A DNA stretch of 64,000 nt from Acidobacteriota bacterium (GTDB taxonomy: Bacteria > Acidobacteriota > UBA890 > WLXD01): NCBI GenBank assembly GCA_963666215.2, contig CAXWPL010000005.1, forward strand, positions 960,001 to 1,024,000, written 5' to 3'. The position numbers and the translations under genes were made by a program. The notes under the pieces were generated by a model. That model worked only from the letters and a program-made list of their open reading frames with translations. It was not told the origin of the DNA and did no database searches. Numbering within the stretch: position 1 is the stretch's first letter; each line of letters opens with the position of its first letter. Positions 29,881 to 39,420 of the stretch are shown one piece after another.

Positions 29881-31904
29881 GTGGTCGGGTCGCGGCGGCT
29901 CCTCGGGCCGCCGGATCCATGGCGTCGTACACCGCTGGGAGAGGTGCGGGGCTGGGTGCTGATCGCGGCGGTGAGCCTGTTCGCCGTGGCCACGTGGGCG
30001 GCCCCGGTCGAGAGTCTGGCAATGCCGCTCGGCGTTGCGGTGCCGGAACCGATCGCGAGCTCCGAGCTGTTCGACTTCCACAACATCGACCGCGTCAACC
30101 TGCACCATCTCCTGTACCAATGGGCACGGGCCGAAGCCGCATCTCCGGGCGCCATCGAGGTGCCCGAGCGTGACGACCTCGACGGGCTTCCGGACGAGCA
30201 ACGAGAAATCTGGAATTCGGCCGTGCGCACCTACAGCGACCTCGCCATGGAGCGAGACCTGCTGTTTGACGAAGAGCTGGTTCGGCTCCGCGATCATCTT
30301 GCGGGCATACGGTCCCTCCACGAAGTCGCTGCCAGCGACAGGCCGCTGCTCGAGGCCGTCGACAGCGCTCTGCCGGTGTACTCGGCGCACTGGTGGGCCC
30401 GACACGAGCGTGCCAACCGCTCCTGGCTCGACGGAGTGCTACCGCTGGCGCGGCGTCACGAAGCAGCAATCGCGCCCCGCGTGGCGGCGGCCTACGGAGG
30501 CTCGTGGCCCGAGGAGCGCATCCACGTGGACATCACGGCCTACGCCAATCGGGTGGGCGCCTACACGACCTCGGCACCGCATGTAACGCTGTCGAGCGAG
30601 GCCGACAACCAGGGGGCGCTCGGGCTCGAGCTGCTGTTCCACGAGTCGTCACACGGCGACATCATGGAGCGACCCCTGCTGCAGATGATCGACACCGCGT
30701 TCGCAGCTCTCCAGGCCAGCGACCCCGGCCGCGATCTCTGGCACATGGTGATCTTCGTGCCACCGGTGAGATCACGCGCGACGTGCTGAGCCAAGCCGGG
30801 CACGAATTCGTACCCTACGCCGAGCATTTCCGCATGTACTCGCGTGCCGGCGTGCCACGGATGCGCATACGCAACGCTCTGACGCGGTACTGGCGACCGT
30901 TCTTGCACGGCGAAACCGGACGACAGGAAGCCATCGAGCTCATCGCCTCCGAGCTCGCCGGTGAGCAAGGCTCGGCCACCCGCGTCGAGATGAGCGACTA
31001 CTTCGAGCTCCACTCCGACCCGTGGATCAACCTGCACCACTTCCTGTACCAGTGGGCTCGCGCAGACGAAGGCCTGGGCACCGGACGACAGCTCGTAACC
31101 GTTCCCGAGCGCTCATCGCTCAACCAGCTCGCCGCCGCCGAACGAGCCGAATGGTCGGAAGCCGTGGCTTTCTACAGGAATTCGGTGGCGGCGCGGAGCC
31201 ACTTCGACGATGACCTGCTCGAGCTCAAGCAGGAGTTGCTTGCGCTTGATGGCGACACCGGAGTCGCGCTGCCTGACACCATCGAGGGCATCCAGGCGGC
31301 GCTCACCGTGGCGATGCCGATCTATCTCACCCACTGGTGGCCAGAGCACGACGGGGCCAATCGCCGCTGGAGTGCGAGCGTCATGCAGCCCCTGCGGCGG
31401 CACGAAGCCCGCTACGTCGAGATCACAACTCGCCTCTACGGGTCGCGGTGGCCGCAGGCGCGGCGCATCGACGTTTCGGCCTACGCGAATGCCCGCGCCG
31501 GTTACACCGCGATCGGGCACACCGTGATGTTCTCAACCGATCCCGGCAACCAAGGCCTGTACGCCTTCGAGATGCTGCTGCACGAGGTGCAGCACACGCG
31601 GGACGTGGCGCCGACCGCAAGGCAAGAGCTCGCCCACGCTTTCGAAGCAGTGGCGGTCGAGCAACCAGGCAACCTGTGGCATGCGCTCATCTTCGCCACC
31701 GCCGGCGCCTTCGCCCAGTGGGTGGCCCTCGACGAGGCCCTCCCCGCGCACACCCCGTACTGGATCCGCGAAGGCTTCGAGGATTTGCAGGGGTGGAGCG
31801 AGCTCCTACCGCCCGTGCTCGAGCACTGGGTGCCGGCCGTGCGCGGTGAATCGACGACACCCGAAGCGTTCGCCGCACTCGCTCTCAGGTTCGAGAGTCA
31901 CTGA
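29881..31904 (+). CDS. Secreted hypothetical protein with two tandem HExxH-bearing domains; frameshift near 30757
   Basis: Joins ORFs 29767-30789 and 30393-31904. Each half has NLHHxLYQWAR, HWW, AYAN, NQG, HExxH (HESSH / HEVQH) and LWH. Confidence 0.7.
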
Positions 31905-31970
31905 GACGGTCAACGAGAGCTAGACTCCGCTCGCTGAAGCGCCCTCCTCCGGACCTCAGGAGCAGCCTGT

Positions 31971-34181
31971 ATGAGCCGTCGTCCCGCAACTGTCGCCGCG
32001 GTCTGCGCCGCGATCCTCATTTTCGTTCACGCCACCATGACGCTCGATCTCCACGCCGCGAGTCGCCCTTCCCCGTTACCGCCGCGCCCGGGCAAGGTGA
32101 TGCAGGCTCAACGACCCCCAACCGGGTTCGCTACGGCCAACGTAGCGGCGCAGCTGCGCTGCGAGGAGCTCGTCCAGCAGCTCCCCCGCCCCGAACAATT
32201 CCGCGAACATCTCCGCAGGATCACCGCCAACCCACACCCGACTGGATCGGCGGCCCAGGTCGAGGTTGGTAGGTACCTGGTCGACGTGATGGAGCGCGCC
32301 GGGCTCGAGGTCGAGGAATTCGCCTACGACGTTTACCTGCCGCAGCTCACCGACGATGTCAGCGCCGAGATCGTCACGCCCGAGCATCTGCCGCTCGAGA
32401 ATCGCGAGCCGGCGCTGGCGGAGGACCGCTTCTCCGGCCATCCCGAGCTGCTGGATGGCTGGAACGCCTTTTCCGGCTCCGGCGACGTCACCGGCCAGGT
32501 CGTCTATGCCAACTTTGGCCGCAAGGAGGACTATGGGCACCTGGCCACGGTCGGCGTTGACCTCACGGGGAAGATCGTGGTGGCGCGCTACGGAGGCAAC
32601 TTCCGCGGCTACAAGGTGAAGTTCGCCGAGGCTGCCGGGGCCGCCGGCGTGATCATGTTCAACGACCCCAATCCCGACAACGCCGACCGCCAGTACCCAG
32701 CCGGCCCGATGATGAACTCGAGCACCATCCAGCGCGGATCGGTGCTAACGCTGCCGTGGCGCGGCGACCCGCTAACGCCGTTCGAGCCCGCCTGGACATC
32801 CGACAGCGGCAAGACGGTCGAACGGCTGGATCCTTCCGAAGTCGACCTGCACAACATCCCGGTTCTGCCACTGGGCTACGGCGCGGCATCGAAGATTCTG
32901 GAGCTCATGCAGGGTGACGCGGCGCCAGAAGAATGGCAGGGCGGACTGCCACTCACCTACCGTCTGACCGGCGGTGACGAGTTGACCGTGCGCGTCCGGG
33001 TCAACCAGCCCAAGGCGCTGACTCGGGCCACCAACATCGTCGGGACGATTCCGGGTTACGAGCATCCAGATCAGTGGATCATCTTCGGCGCCCACTACGA
33101 CCCGTGGGGCTTCGGTGCAATCGACCCCAACGGCGGCACCGCCATGCTGCTGACCATGGCTGAAGCTCTCGGCGAGCTCTCAACGAGCGGCTGCCGGCCG
33201 CGCCGCAGCATCAAGATCGCCCACTGGGACGCCGAGGAGTACGGCATCATCGGTTCGGTTGAATGGGTGGAGGAGTTCCGCGACGAGCTCATGAGCAACG
33301 CGGTCGCCTACATCAACGCCGACTCGGCAGTCTCCGGCGCCAACTTCGCGGCGTCGGCCGCGCCATCGCTGAAGCTGCCGATCATCGAGGCAACGATGGC
33401 CGTCGGCTATCCGCAACAGGACCAAACAGTCTACGGCCATTGGCTCGGCCGCTCGCAAGACGCCGAGGAAACCGAGGAACCGCCACTGGGCAACCTCGGT
33501 GGCGGGTCCGACCACGTGGGCTTCTACACCCACGCCGGCGTGCCGTCGGGATCACTCGGCATGAGCGGGGCTGGTGGCGTCTACCACTCCAACTACGACA
33601 ATTTCGCCTGGTACGAGCGTTTCGGCGACAGCGAGTTCGTGTACGGCCCCGCGCTGGCGCGCGTAGAAGCGGTACTGGCGCTGCGGCTAGCCAACGCCGA
33701 CATCCTGCCGTACGACCTGAGGCGCTACGGCACCGATCTGGAGCAGCATGCGATCGACCTCGAGGAGCTCGCCGAGTCGCGTGGACAGGCGGTCGAGCTG
33801 GCAGCTCTCAAGGCGGCCGCCGAGGAGCTTGTGGGGGCGGCAGAAAGCTTCGTCGCCGCGCGGAACAGCGCCCTGGCGAACCAAGGCAGCCCGCTCACGG
33901 GCGATGTTCTGGCCGGCCTCAACAAGGACCTGCTGGCGCTGGAGCGCATGCTTCTTCACTCCGAGGGGCTCCAAGATCGGCCGTGGTACCAATCGCTCTA
34001 CGCCTCGCCGGATCCGTTCAGCGGCTACGACTCGTGGATGCTGCCGGGCCTGCGGTTCGAGGTCGAGGTGGGTCGCTTAGAGCGCGTCGCCGAGTGGGAG
34101 ACGGTGTACGTCGAGGCGATTGCACGCCTGCGCTCGGGCATCGAGGAGGCCACCGCGGTACTGACAACGCCCGTTCGATAG
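31971..34181 (+). CDS. M28 peptidase, glutamate carboxypeptidase II-like (PA, M28 and TfR-dimer domains)
   Basis: VVYANFG, IQRGSV, GDPLTP, GAHYD, DPNGG, WDAEE, GGGSDH and YHSNYD motifs. Confidence 0.92.
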   Translation: MSRRPATVAAVCAAILIFVHATMTLDLHAASRPSPLPPRPGKVMQAQRPPTGFATANVAAQLRCEELVQQLPRPEQFREHLRRITANPHPTGSAAQVEVGRYLVDVMERAGLEVEEFAYDVYLPQLTDDVSAEIVTPEHLPLENREPALAEDRFSGHPELLDGWNAFSGSGDVTGQVVYANFGRKEDYGHLATVGVDLTGKIVVARYGGNFRGYKVKFAEAAGAAGVIMFNDPNPDNADRQYPAGPMMNSSTIQRGSVLTLPWRGDPLTPFEPAWTSDSGKTVERLDPSEVDLHNIPVLPLGYGAASKILELMQGDAAPEEWQGGLPLTYRLTGGDELTVRVRVNQPKALTRATNIVGTIPGYEHPDQWIIFGAHYDPWGFGAIDPNGGTAMLLTMAEALGELSTSGCRPRRSIKIAHWDAEEYGIIGSVEWVEEFRDELMSNAVAYINADSAVSGANFAASAAPSLKLPIIEATMAVGYPQQDQTVYGHWLGRSQDAEETEEPPLGNLGGGSDHVGFYTHAGVPSGSLGMSGAGGVYHSNYDNFAWYERFGDSEFVYGPALARVEAVLALRLANADILPYDLRRYGTDLEQHAIDLEELAESRGQAVELAALKAAAEELVGAAESFVAARNSALANQGSPLTGDVLAGLNKDLLALERMLLHSEGLQDRPWYQSLYASPDPFSGYDSWMLPGLRFEVEVGRLERVAEWETVYVEAIARLRSGIEEATAVLTTPVR

Positions 34182-34271
34182 GGAGAGAATCCGCTTGCAC
34201 CTTCAGCACGGTAGCCACCCTCGCCGCCTGAACTCCTCGCCCAACCCGGGTTGCCGGCAGGCGGTCGCGAC

Positions 34272-35216
34272 ATGAGCCACGAAGCCGACAACCCACCGCT
34301 GACCGTCGTCGTCGTGTCGGATCACGCCGGGGACGAGGAGAAGGCGTGGGCCGACCTCCGCGAAACTCTCGAAGGCCTGGCGGCGCAAGAATACGCCGGC
34401 CAGACCGCAACTCTTTACGTCGAGTCGCCCGATCGTATCGCTCGAATTCCGCGGGAGATGAAGCAGATTCTGCCAGCGCTCGAGATCGTCGAGGGTCCAG
34501 TGTCGAACTCCTACTCCCTCAAGACCGCCGGCATGGAAGCAGCCACAACCGCCGCCGTGGCGTTTCTCGACGCCGATTGCGTCCCCGCCGCGGGATGGCT
34601 GCGGGCCGCGGCGTCGATGACGAACAAGTATCCCGATGCGGCCGTCGTGGTCGGCAAGACTGAATACGGCAGCGCCAGGCTGTCGTATCGGATTCTGTCG
34701 ATGCTGTCGCGCAGCACCGAAGACCCGGGCCACGACGGGGAGACGGAACACATCAGCGCCAACAACGCCGTCTATCGGCGCGCCGCCTATCTGCAGTCAC
34801 CGCTGCCGGCGAACGTCGCCTTCTTCTCCCGCACCCATGCCGTAGCCGTGCGCAAGGCCGGCGGCAAGATCTACTTCGATCGCGCCATGCATGTTCACCA
34901 CAAATTCGCAGGCTGGCGCCACGAAGCCGACTTCCGGCGGCGACTGGGGCACGGGGTGATCGCCATGCGCCAGGCCTATCCAGACATGCCGAAGTCGTGG
35001 CTCAAGCGGCTGGGCTACGCCTCGATTCCGCTGTTCGTCGGAGCCCAGGTCCGCACCGGTTGGCGCAACTGCCTGCGCTGCGGATCCGCCTACGGAGTGC
35101 GCCCCCACGAGCTACCGCTGGCGTTCCTCATCGCCGTGGTGGTCGCGTTCATGGAAGTACCGGGTATGGTGCGCGCGTTCGGTGGCCGACCCGTTGGCAA
35201 GACCGCCTTCCGCTGA
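34272..35216 (+). CDS. Glycosyltransferase family 2 protein
   Basis: VAFLDADCVP..GWL DxD motif; ANN..YRR; C-terminal TM helices. Confidence 0.8.
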   Translation: MSHEADNPPLTVVVVSDHAGDEEKAWADLRETLEGLAAQEYAGQTATLYVESPDRIARIPREMKQILPALEIVEGPVSNSYSLKTAGMEAATTAAVAFLDADCVPAAGWLRAAASMTNKYPDAAVVVGKTEYGSARLSYRILSMLSRSTEDPGHDGETEHISANNAVYRRAAYLQSPLPANVAFFSRTHAVAVRKAGGKIYFDRAMHVHHKFAGWRHEADFRRRLGHGVIAMRQAYPDMPKSWLKRLGYASIPLFVGAQVRTGWRNCLRCGSAYGVRPHELPLAFLIAVVVAFMEVPGMVRAFGGRPVGKTAFR

Positions 35217-35332
35217 CACATCACGGGCGTGTCGATGGCGATCGCCGTGTTTGCTCGCCTCCCGAGAGGCGGATAAGGTTGTCGCCGATCGGGCAACATG
35301 CCCACTACGAGAAAGCTCACAAGGAAGCACCT

Positions 35333-35662
35333 ATGCAGCTCGACCGGCTGGAGATCCGCGAGCGTCGTTTTCGCCTGCAGCAGCAAATCGCTGAGCTCGG
35401 CGAAGACGGCGACACTCACTCGCTCGACGCGGAGGTCACCCACCTCCAAGAGATCTGCCCGCGCCACGAGGTCGAAGGCGAGGAACGGCATCTTGGTTGG
35501 GAAATCAACAAGGATGGCGATCTGTGGCGCTGCCGTGACTGCGATCTCAAAGGAGAGATTGCCGGCGCCGAGACCGATGTGGAGGAGCCTGCCGACGCAG
35601 CGGCCGCCGAGCCGGCGGACTCTGCCGCCGCCGACAACTCGGTCGCGGCGAGCAGCGACTAG
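35333..35662 (+). CDS. Small acidic hypothetical protein with a coiled coil and CPxH...CxxC
   Basis: AAGGA RBS and ATG at 35333; ICPRH...WRCRDCD; Ala/Asp/Glu-rich tail; the TAG stop lies in the IS target site. Confidence 0.65.
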   Translation: MQLDRLEIRERRFRLQQQIAELGEDGDTHSLDAEVTHLQEICPRHEVEGEERHLGWEINKDGDLWRCRDCDLKGEIAGAETDVEEPADAAAAEPADSAAADNSVAASSD

Positions 35663-35663
35663 G

Positions 35664-36706
35664 TGTGTTTTCTAAGTAGGTTGTTCACATCGGGGCTCAC
35701 TTCTGAGATCAATGGGGTTGTTCAAAAGACTCCACGACCTCAGAAGGAGCGCCCGATGCAGCTGCATGGTAACGCCCGCACGATGCCGTATATACGCCGA
35801 GAGATGGTCCGCCGAGTCCGGGAGCGGGCGGAGCCCGTGACGGAAACGGCGGCGGCGCTCGGCGTGTCGGCTCGAACGGTTTACAAGTGGCTGGATAGAT
35901 ACGAGCGAGAAGGTGAGGCCGGGCTGCTCGATCGATCAAGCCGGCCGACGTGCTGTCCGCACGCAACAAGCGCTGGAGTTGTGAGGCAGATCGACAAGCT
36001 ACGTCGGCGGCGACTGACGGCCTGGCAGATCAGCCGAAGGTTGGCTGTGCCGCGCTCGACCGTCTCGGCGTGGCTGAAGCGGCTCGGACTCGCCAAGCTT
36101 GATGCGCTCGAGCCCAAGCCCGAGATCGTTCGCTACGAGTACGAGCACCCCGGTGACCTACTGCACCTGGATACGAAGAAACTGGCCCGTATCCGGCGAC
36201 CTGGACACCGCATCCACGGCGACCGCTCCAAGCGGGCCTACGGCGTCGGCTGGGAGAACGCCCACGTCGCTATCGACGATCACTCTCGGGTGGCGTACGT
36301 CGAAGTGCTGCCCGCCGAAGACCAACACACCTGCACAGCGTTCCTGCAGCGAGCCGTCGAGCACTTCGCTTCGATGGGAGTAGCGGTGCGCCGAGTGATG
36401 ACAGACAACGGGCCTGGCTACGTCTCGAAGCGCTTCAATCGCCTATGCCATCAACTCGAGATCCGGCACATTTACACCCGGCCCTACACCCCCAGAACCA
36501 ACGGCAAAGCCGAACGCTTCATCCGCACACTCAAGGAGCAGTGGGCCTACGGCACCTGCTACCAGACCTCAGCTCGACGTACTCGAGCTCTACGGCCCTG
36601 GCTCAACCACTACAATCGTCACCGCCCCCACGCCGGCATCGGCATGACACCGCCGATCGCTCGGCTCTCAGGGGTGAGTTCGTGAACAACCTACCTAGAA
36701 CTCACA
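35664..36706 (+). mobile_element. Complete IS481-family insertion sequence (1043 bp)
   Basis: TGT...ACA ends; 25-bp inverted repeats at 35664-35688 and 36682-36706 (22/25 match); 6-bp direct repeat ACTAGG at 35658-35663 and 36707-36712. Confidence 0.95.
35756..36685 (+). CDS. IS481-family DDE transposase
   Basis: MQLHGNART N-terminus, HTH region, GLLDRSSRP, HLDTKKL, IDDHSR, TDNG and TNGKAERF motifs. Confidence 0.95.
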   Translation: MQLHGNARTMPYIRREMVRRVRERAEPVTETAAALGVSARTVYKWLDRYEREGEAGLLDRSSRPTCCPHATSAGVVRQIDKLRRRRLTAWQISRRLAVPRSTVSAWLKRLGLAKLDALEPKPEIVRYEYEHPGDLLHLDTKKLARIRRPGHRIHGDRSKRAYGVGWENAHVAIDDHSRVAYVEVLPAEDQHTCTAFLQRAVEHFASMGVAVRRVMTDNGPGYVSKRFNRLCHQLEIRHIYTRPYTPRTNGKAERFIRTLKEQWAYGTCYQTSARRTRALRPWLNHYNRHRPHAGIGMTPPIARLSGVSS

Positions 36707-36713
36707 ACTAGGC

Positions 36714-36965
36714 ATGGTCGACCGGGAGCTCCTCGAGATCCTCGCGTGCCCGGAGGACAAGACACCCCTGCGGCTTGCCGAAGCCGCTGAGCTCGAAGCG
36801 CTCAACGCCCGCATTCGGGCTGCGGCGGTGACGAATCGTGGAGGCGAGGCTGTGACCGAGGAAGTGTCCGAAGGGCTGATTCGGGAAGACGGGAAGCTTC
36901 TTTATGCAGTTCGCGACGACATCCCGATCATGCTGATCGAAGAGGCGATCCCGCTCGAAGACTGA
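36714..36965 (+). CDS. Trm112/YcaR (UPF0434) family protein
   Basis: LLEILACPEDKTPL...YAVRDDIPIMLIEEA. Confidence 0.9.
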   Translation: MVDRELLEILACPEDKTPLRLAEAAELEALNARIRAAAVTNRGGEAVTEEVSEGLIREDGKLLYAVRDDIPIMLIEEAIPLED

Positions 36966-37046
36966 CGCGGTTGGGCGCCACGCCGGCACCGCCATGGGTG
37001 AGCGGCGCCGACGCGACAGCCGACCGACCCGCGTCGCAGGTCCAGG

Positions 37047-37601
37047 TCAGCTTGCGTGAGGCTCGTAGGCCTTGCCCCGGCTCGTGTTGGTCTCGAGGCG
37101 CGGCCAGCCCATCAGGGCGAGGCAGTCGGGAATCGCCGCGAAGACCGCGTCGAGACATTCGTCGATGGCCTTCGGAGAACCCGGTAGGTTCACAACCAGC
37201 GTTCGGCCGCGAATTCCAGCGGTCTGCCGCGACAGGATGGCCGTAGGCACCGAGCGCAGCGACACCGCGCGCATCACCTCTCCGAAGCCCGGCAAGAGCT
37301 TGTTGCACACGGCGAGGGTTGCATCCACCGTCACGTCACGGATCGCCGGCCCGGTGCCGCCGTTGGTGATCACAAGGCAGCAGCCGTCCATGTCGGCCAT
37401 CTTGCGCAACGCTGCCTCGACCTGTGGCCGAACGTCTGGGATCACGCGGGTCACCGGCTCCCACGGGCTGGTCAGCGTGCCGCGCAAATACGATTGGATC
37501 GCCGGACCGTTGGTATCTTGATATTCGCCGCGTGAAGCCCGATCCGACACCGTTAGAACGCCAATGCGCGCCGTCGTCGCCTGCTCGCTCGTCTCGTTCA
37601 T
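37047..37601 (-). CDS. mog: Molybdopterin adenylyltransferase
   Basis: VSDRASRGEY, GGTGPAIRDVT, PGFGE.MR, VPTAILSRQTAGIR and NLPG motifs. Confidence 0.9.
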   Translation of the reverse strand: MNETSEQATTARIGVLTVSDRASRGEYQDTNGPAIQSYLRGTLTSPWEPVTRVIPDVRPQVEAALRKMADMDGCCLVITNGGTGPAIRDVTVDATLAVCNKLLPGFGEVMRAVSLRSVPTAILSRQTAGIRGRTLVVNLPGSPKAIDECLDAVFAAIPDCLALMGWPRLETNTSRGKAYEPHAS

Positions 37602-37624
37602 GGCTCCTCCGTTGAGTCGCTCGC

Positions 37625-37993
37625 CTAGTCCGATCGCGCCAACATCGGGCCAAGGTGACGGCCACCGAGCAGGTGCATGTGCAGGTGATAGACCTCTTGC
37701 CCACCGTGCGCGCGGCAGTTGACGATAAGCCGGTAGCCGTTGGCTGCAATGCCCTCCTGCTCGGCGATCTTCGCCGCCGCGGTGAACAGCCTGCCGAGCG
37801 CCGGCTCGTGCTGCGCCCGCACATCGGCGGCGGTGGCGATGGGCTCGTTGGGAACAATAAGCACGTGGGTGCTCGCCTGCGGGTGGATATCGCGAAATGC
37901 GGTCACGAGATCGTCCTGGAAGACAATCTCGGCCGGTATCTCACCGCGTACGATCTTGGTGAAGAGTGTGTCGCCGCCCGTTGGCTGAGTCAC
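37625..37993 (-). CDS. hinT: Histidine-triad nucleotide-binding protein
   Basis: [21 protein letters not shown] and [15 protein letters not shown] motifs. Confidence 0.9.
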   Translation of the reverse strand: MTQPTGGDTLFTKIVRGEIPAEIVFQDDLVTAFRDIHPQASTHVLIVPNEPIATAADVRAQHEPALGRLFTAAAKIAEQEGIAANGYRLIVNCRAHGGQEVYHLHMHLLGGRHLGPMLARSD

Positions 37994-38017
37994 CGTTAGC
38001 GCTCCGTGGCCGTAACT

Positions 38018-38061
38018 GTGGATCGGCCGTCAAGACGAAGTGGATCGGCCGTCAAGGCGAA
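38018..38061. repeat. 22-bp tandem duplication GTGGATCGGCCGTCAAG(A/G)CGAA
   Basis: Two adjacent intergenic copies, 21/22 identical. Confidence 0.85.
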
Positions 38062-38067
38062 GACGAG

Positions 38068-39306
38068 CTAGAACATCGCGGCCAGCGTGTCCTTGGCCTT
38101 GTTCAGAGCCTTCGCCGCCTGCGCCCTCCTGTCGCCGATCTTGTCGCCGTTGACCTTCTTCTTCTTGTTCGAATAGTAGGGCAGTCGAGGGCACCCGAAG
38201 CAGCTGTTGCGTGTCGCCATGATTGTCGCCTGGGTTACCGCCGCATTGACGTGTCCCTTGGCGAACTTGAACGAGCCCTGGCAGGTGGGTGAGCTCGGCT
38301 TGTCGTGACACAAACCCCAGTTGTGGCCGATCTCGTGAGGCGGCGTCAGCCCACCGATGCACTGCCGAAAAGCACCGCTGTAGGCAAAGGGCGAAAAGGC
38401 GGTCGACACGCCATCCATGAGGTAGCCGCGGCCGCAGATGTTGGTCAGATTCTTGTGCACGAGCAGCATCATGTAGTCGGCTTGCGAGTTGGCGCGCTCG
38501 GTCTGGGCCTGATCGAACTTGCCATCGGTACCGTCGCGAAACGCATTCAGATCAGCGCTCAGGCTGCCCCCGTTCGCCTTGCCCTTGATCTTCCGAGCCA
38601 GAACGAGGTCGACCTGGATGTCGACCATGCTGTTGTCGAGCGCAGTCTGGGTGTCGGCTTCGATCACGCCCGCCTCCGCCTTGATCGCGGCGGAGCCGCC
38701 GGCGGCCTTCTTGGCCTTCTTTGTCCACATCACCCCGAGCGTCACGGCTGCCATGCCGTCGCGTCCGGACACAGCCGGGCCGCCCGTCACGTCCACACGA
38801 ATCGGCTCGGCTTCGGGCGGCAGCTGCGCGGTGTTGACCTCCGCAATACGACTCACACCGTCGCCGACGTAGCCGAGCATGTACGTGGTATCGCGGGTGG
38901 TGACGCGGCCCACGGCCACGCCTTTCACCATCGACAGCGAGACTGTCGCCCCCGGATCTCCAGCCACGGCTCCACGCCACACGAGCCAGCGGCGCGTCTT
39001 CCAGCGAACGTCGGTGGCCACCAGCGTGAGCTCAACATCCGAGAATGCGGCGAACGTCAGGGCTTGGCCGACGCGGGCTCCCTCGAGCACCGCCGAGTCG
39101 ACGCGAATCAACCTCGCCCGCCGCTCGTGCTGAGCAGGGGTCTCCAACGCGGCCGTGCCCAAGGACGCGGCAACTGCCTCGTGATCGCCAAGCTCGACCA
39201 GCAGCGCCTGAGCCTGCGAGCTTGAACCGGCGTCGACCGACGCTAGCAGCAGTGTGACCGCAATGAGTCCGGTAATTCCATTGAGTAGGTGTGCGGGTCT
39301 TTGCAT
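38068..39306 (-). CDS. Secreted reprolysin-like (M12B-type metzincin) zinc metalloprotease
   Basis: HEIGHNWGLCHD, Met-turn TIMA, CGRGY and YYSN motifs; signal peptide and prodomain. Confidence 0.85.
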   Translation of the reverse strand: MQRPAHLLNGITGLIAVTLLLASVDAGSSSQAQALLVELGDHEAVAASLGTAALETPAQHERRARLIRVDSAVLEGARVGQALTFAAFSDVELTLVATDVRWKTRRWLVWRGAVAGDPGATVSLSMVKGVAVGRVTTRDTTYMLGYVGDGVSRIAEVNTAQLPPEAEPIRVDVTGGPAVSGRDGMAAVTLGVMWTKKAKKAAGGSAAIKAEAGVIEADTQTALDNSMVDIQVDLVLARKIKGKANGGSLSADLNAFRDGTDGKFDQAQTERANSQADYMMLLVHKNLTNICGRGYLMDGVSTAFSPFAYSGAFRQCIGGLTPPHEIGHNWGLCHDKPSSPTCQGSFKFAKGHVNAAVTQATIMATRNSCFGCPRLPYYSNKKKKVNGDKIGDRRAQAAKALNKAKDTLAAMF

Positions 39307-39420
39307 CGCGACTATGGGTCTCCGGTCCGATGGGAAGAGCCGAGATCAGAAAGTCAGTCGTTCGTGGCTCGTGATCGACATCAGCTAGGTACCCCGTAGA
39401 CAACGGCAAGTCAATGTGGC

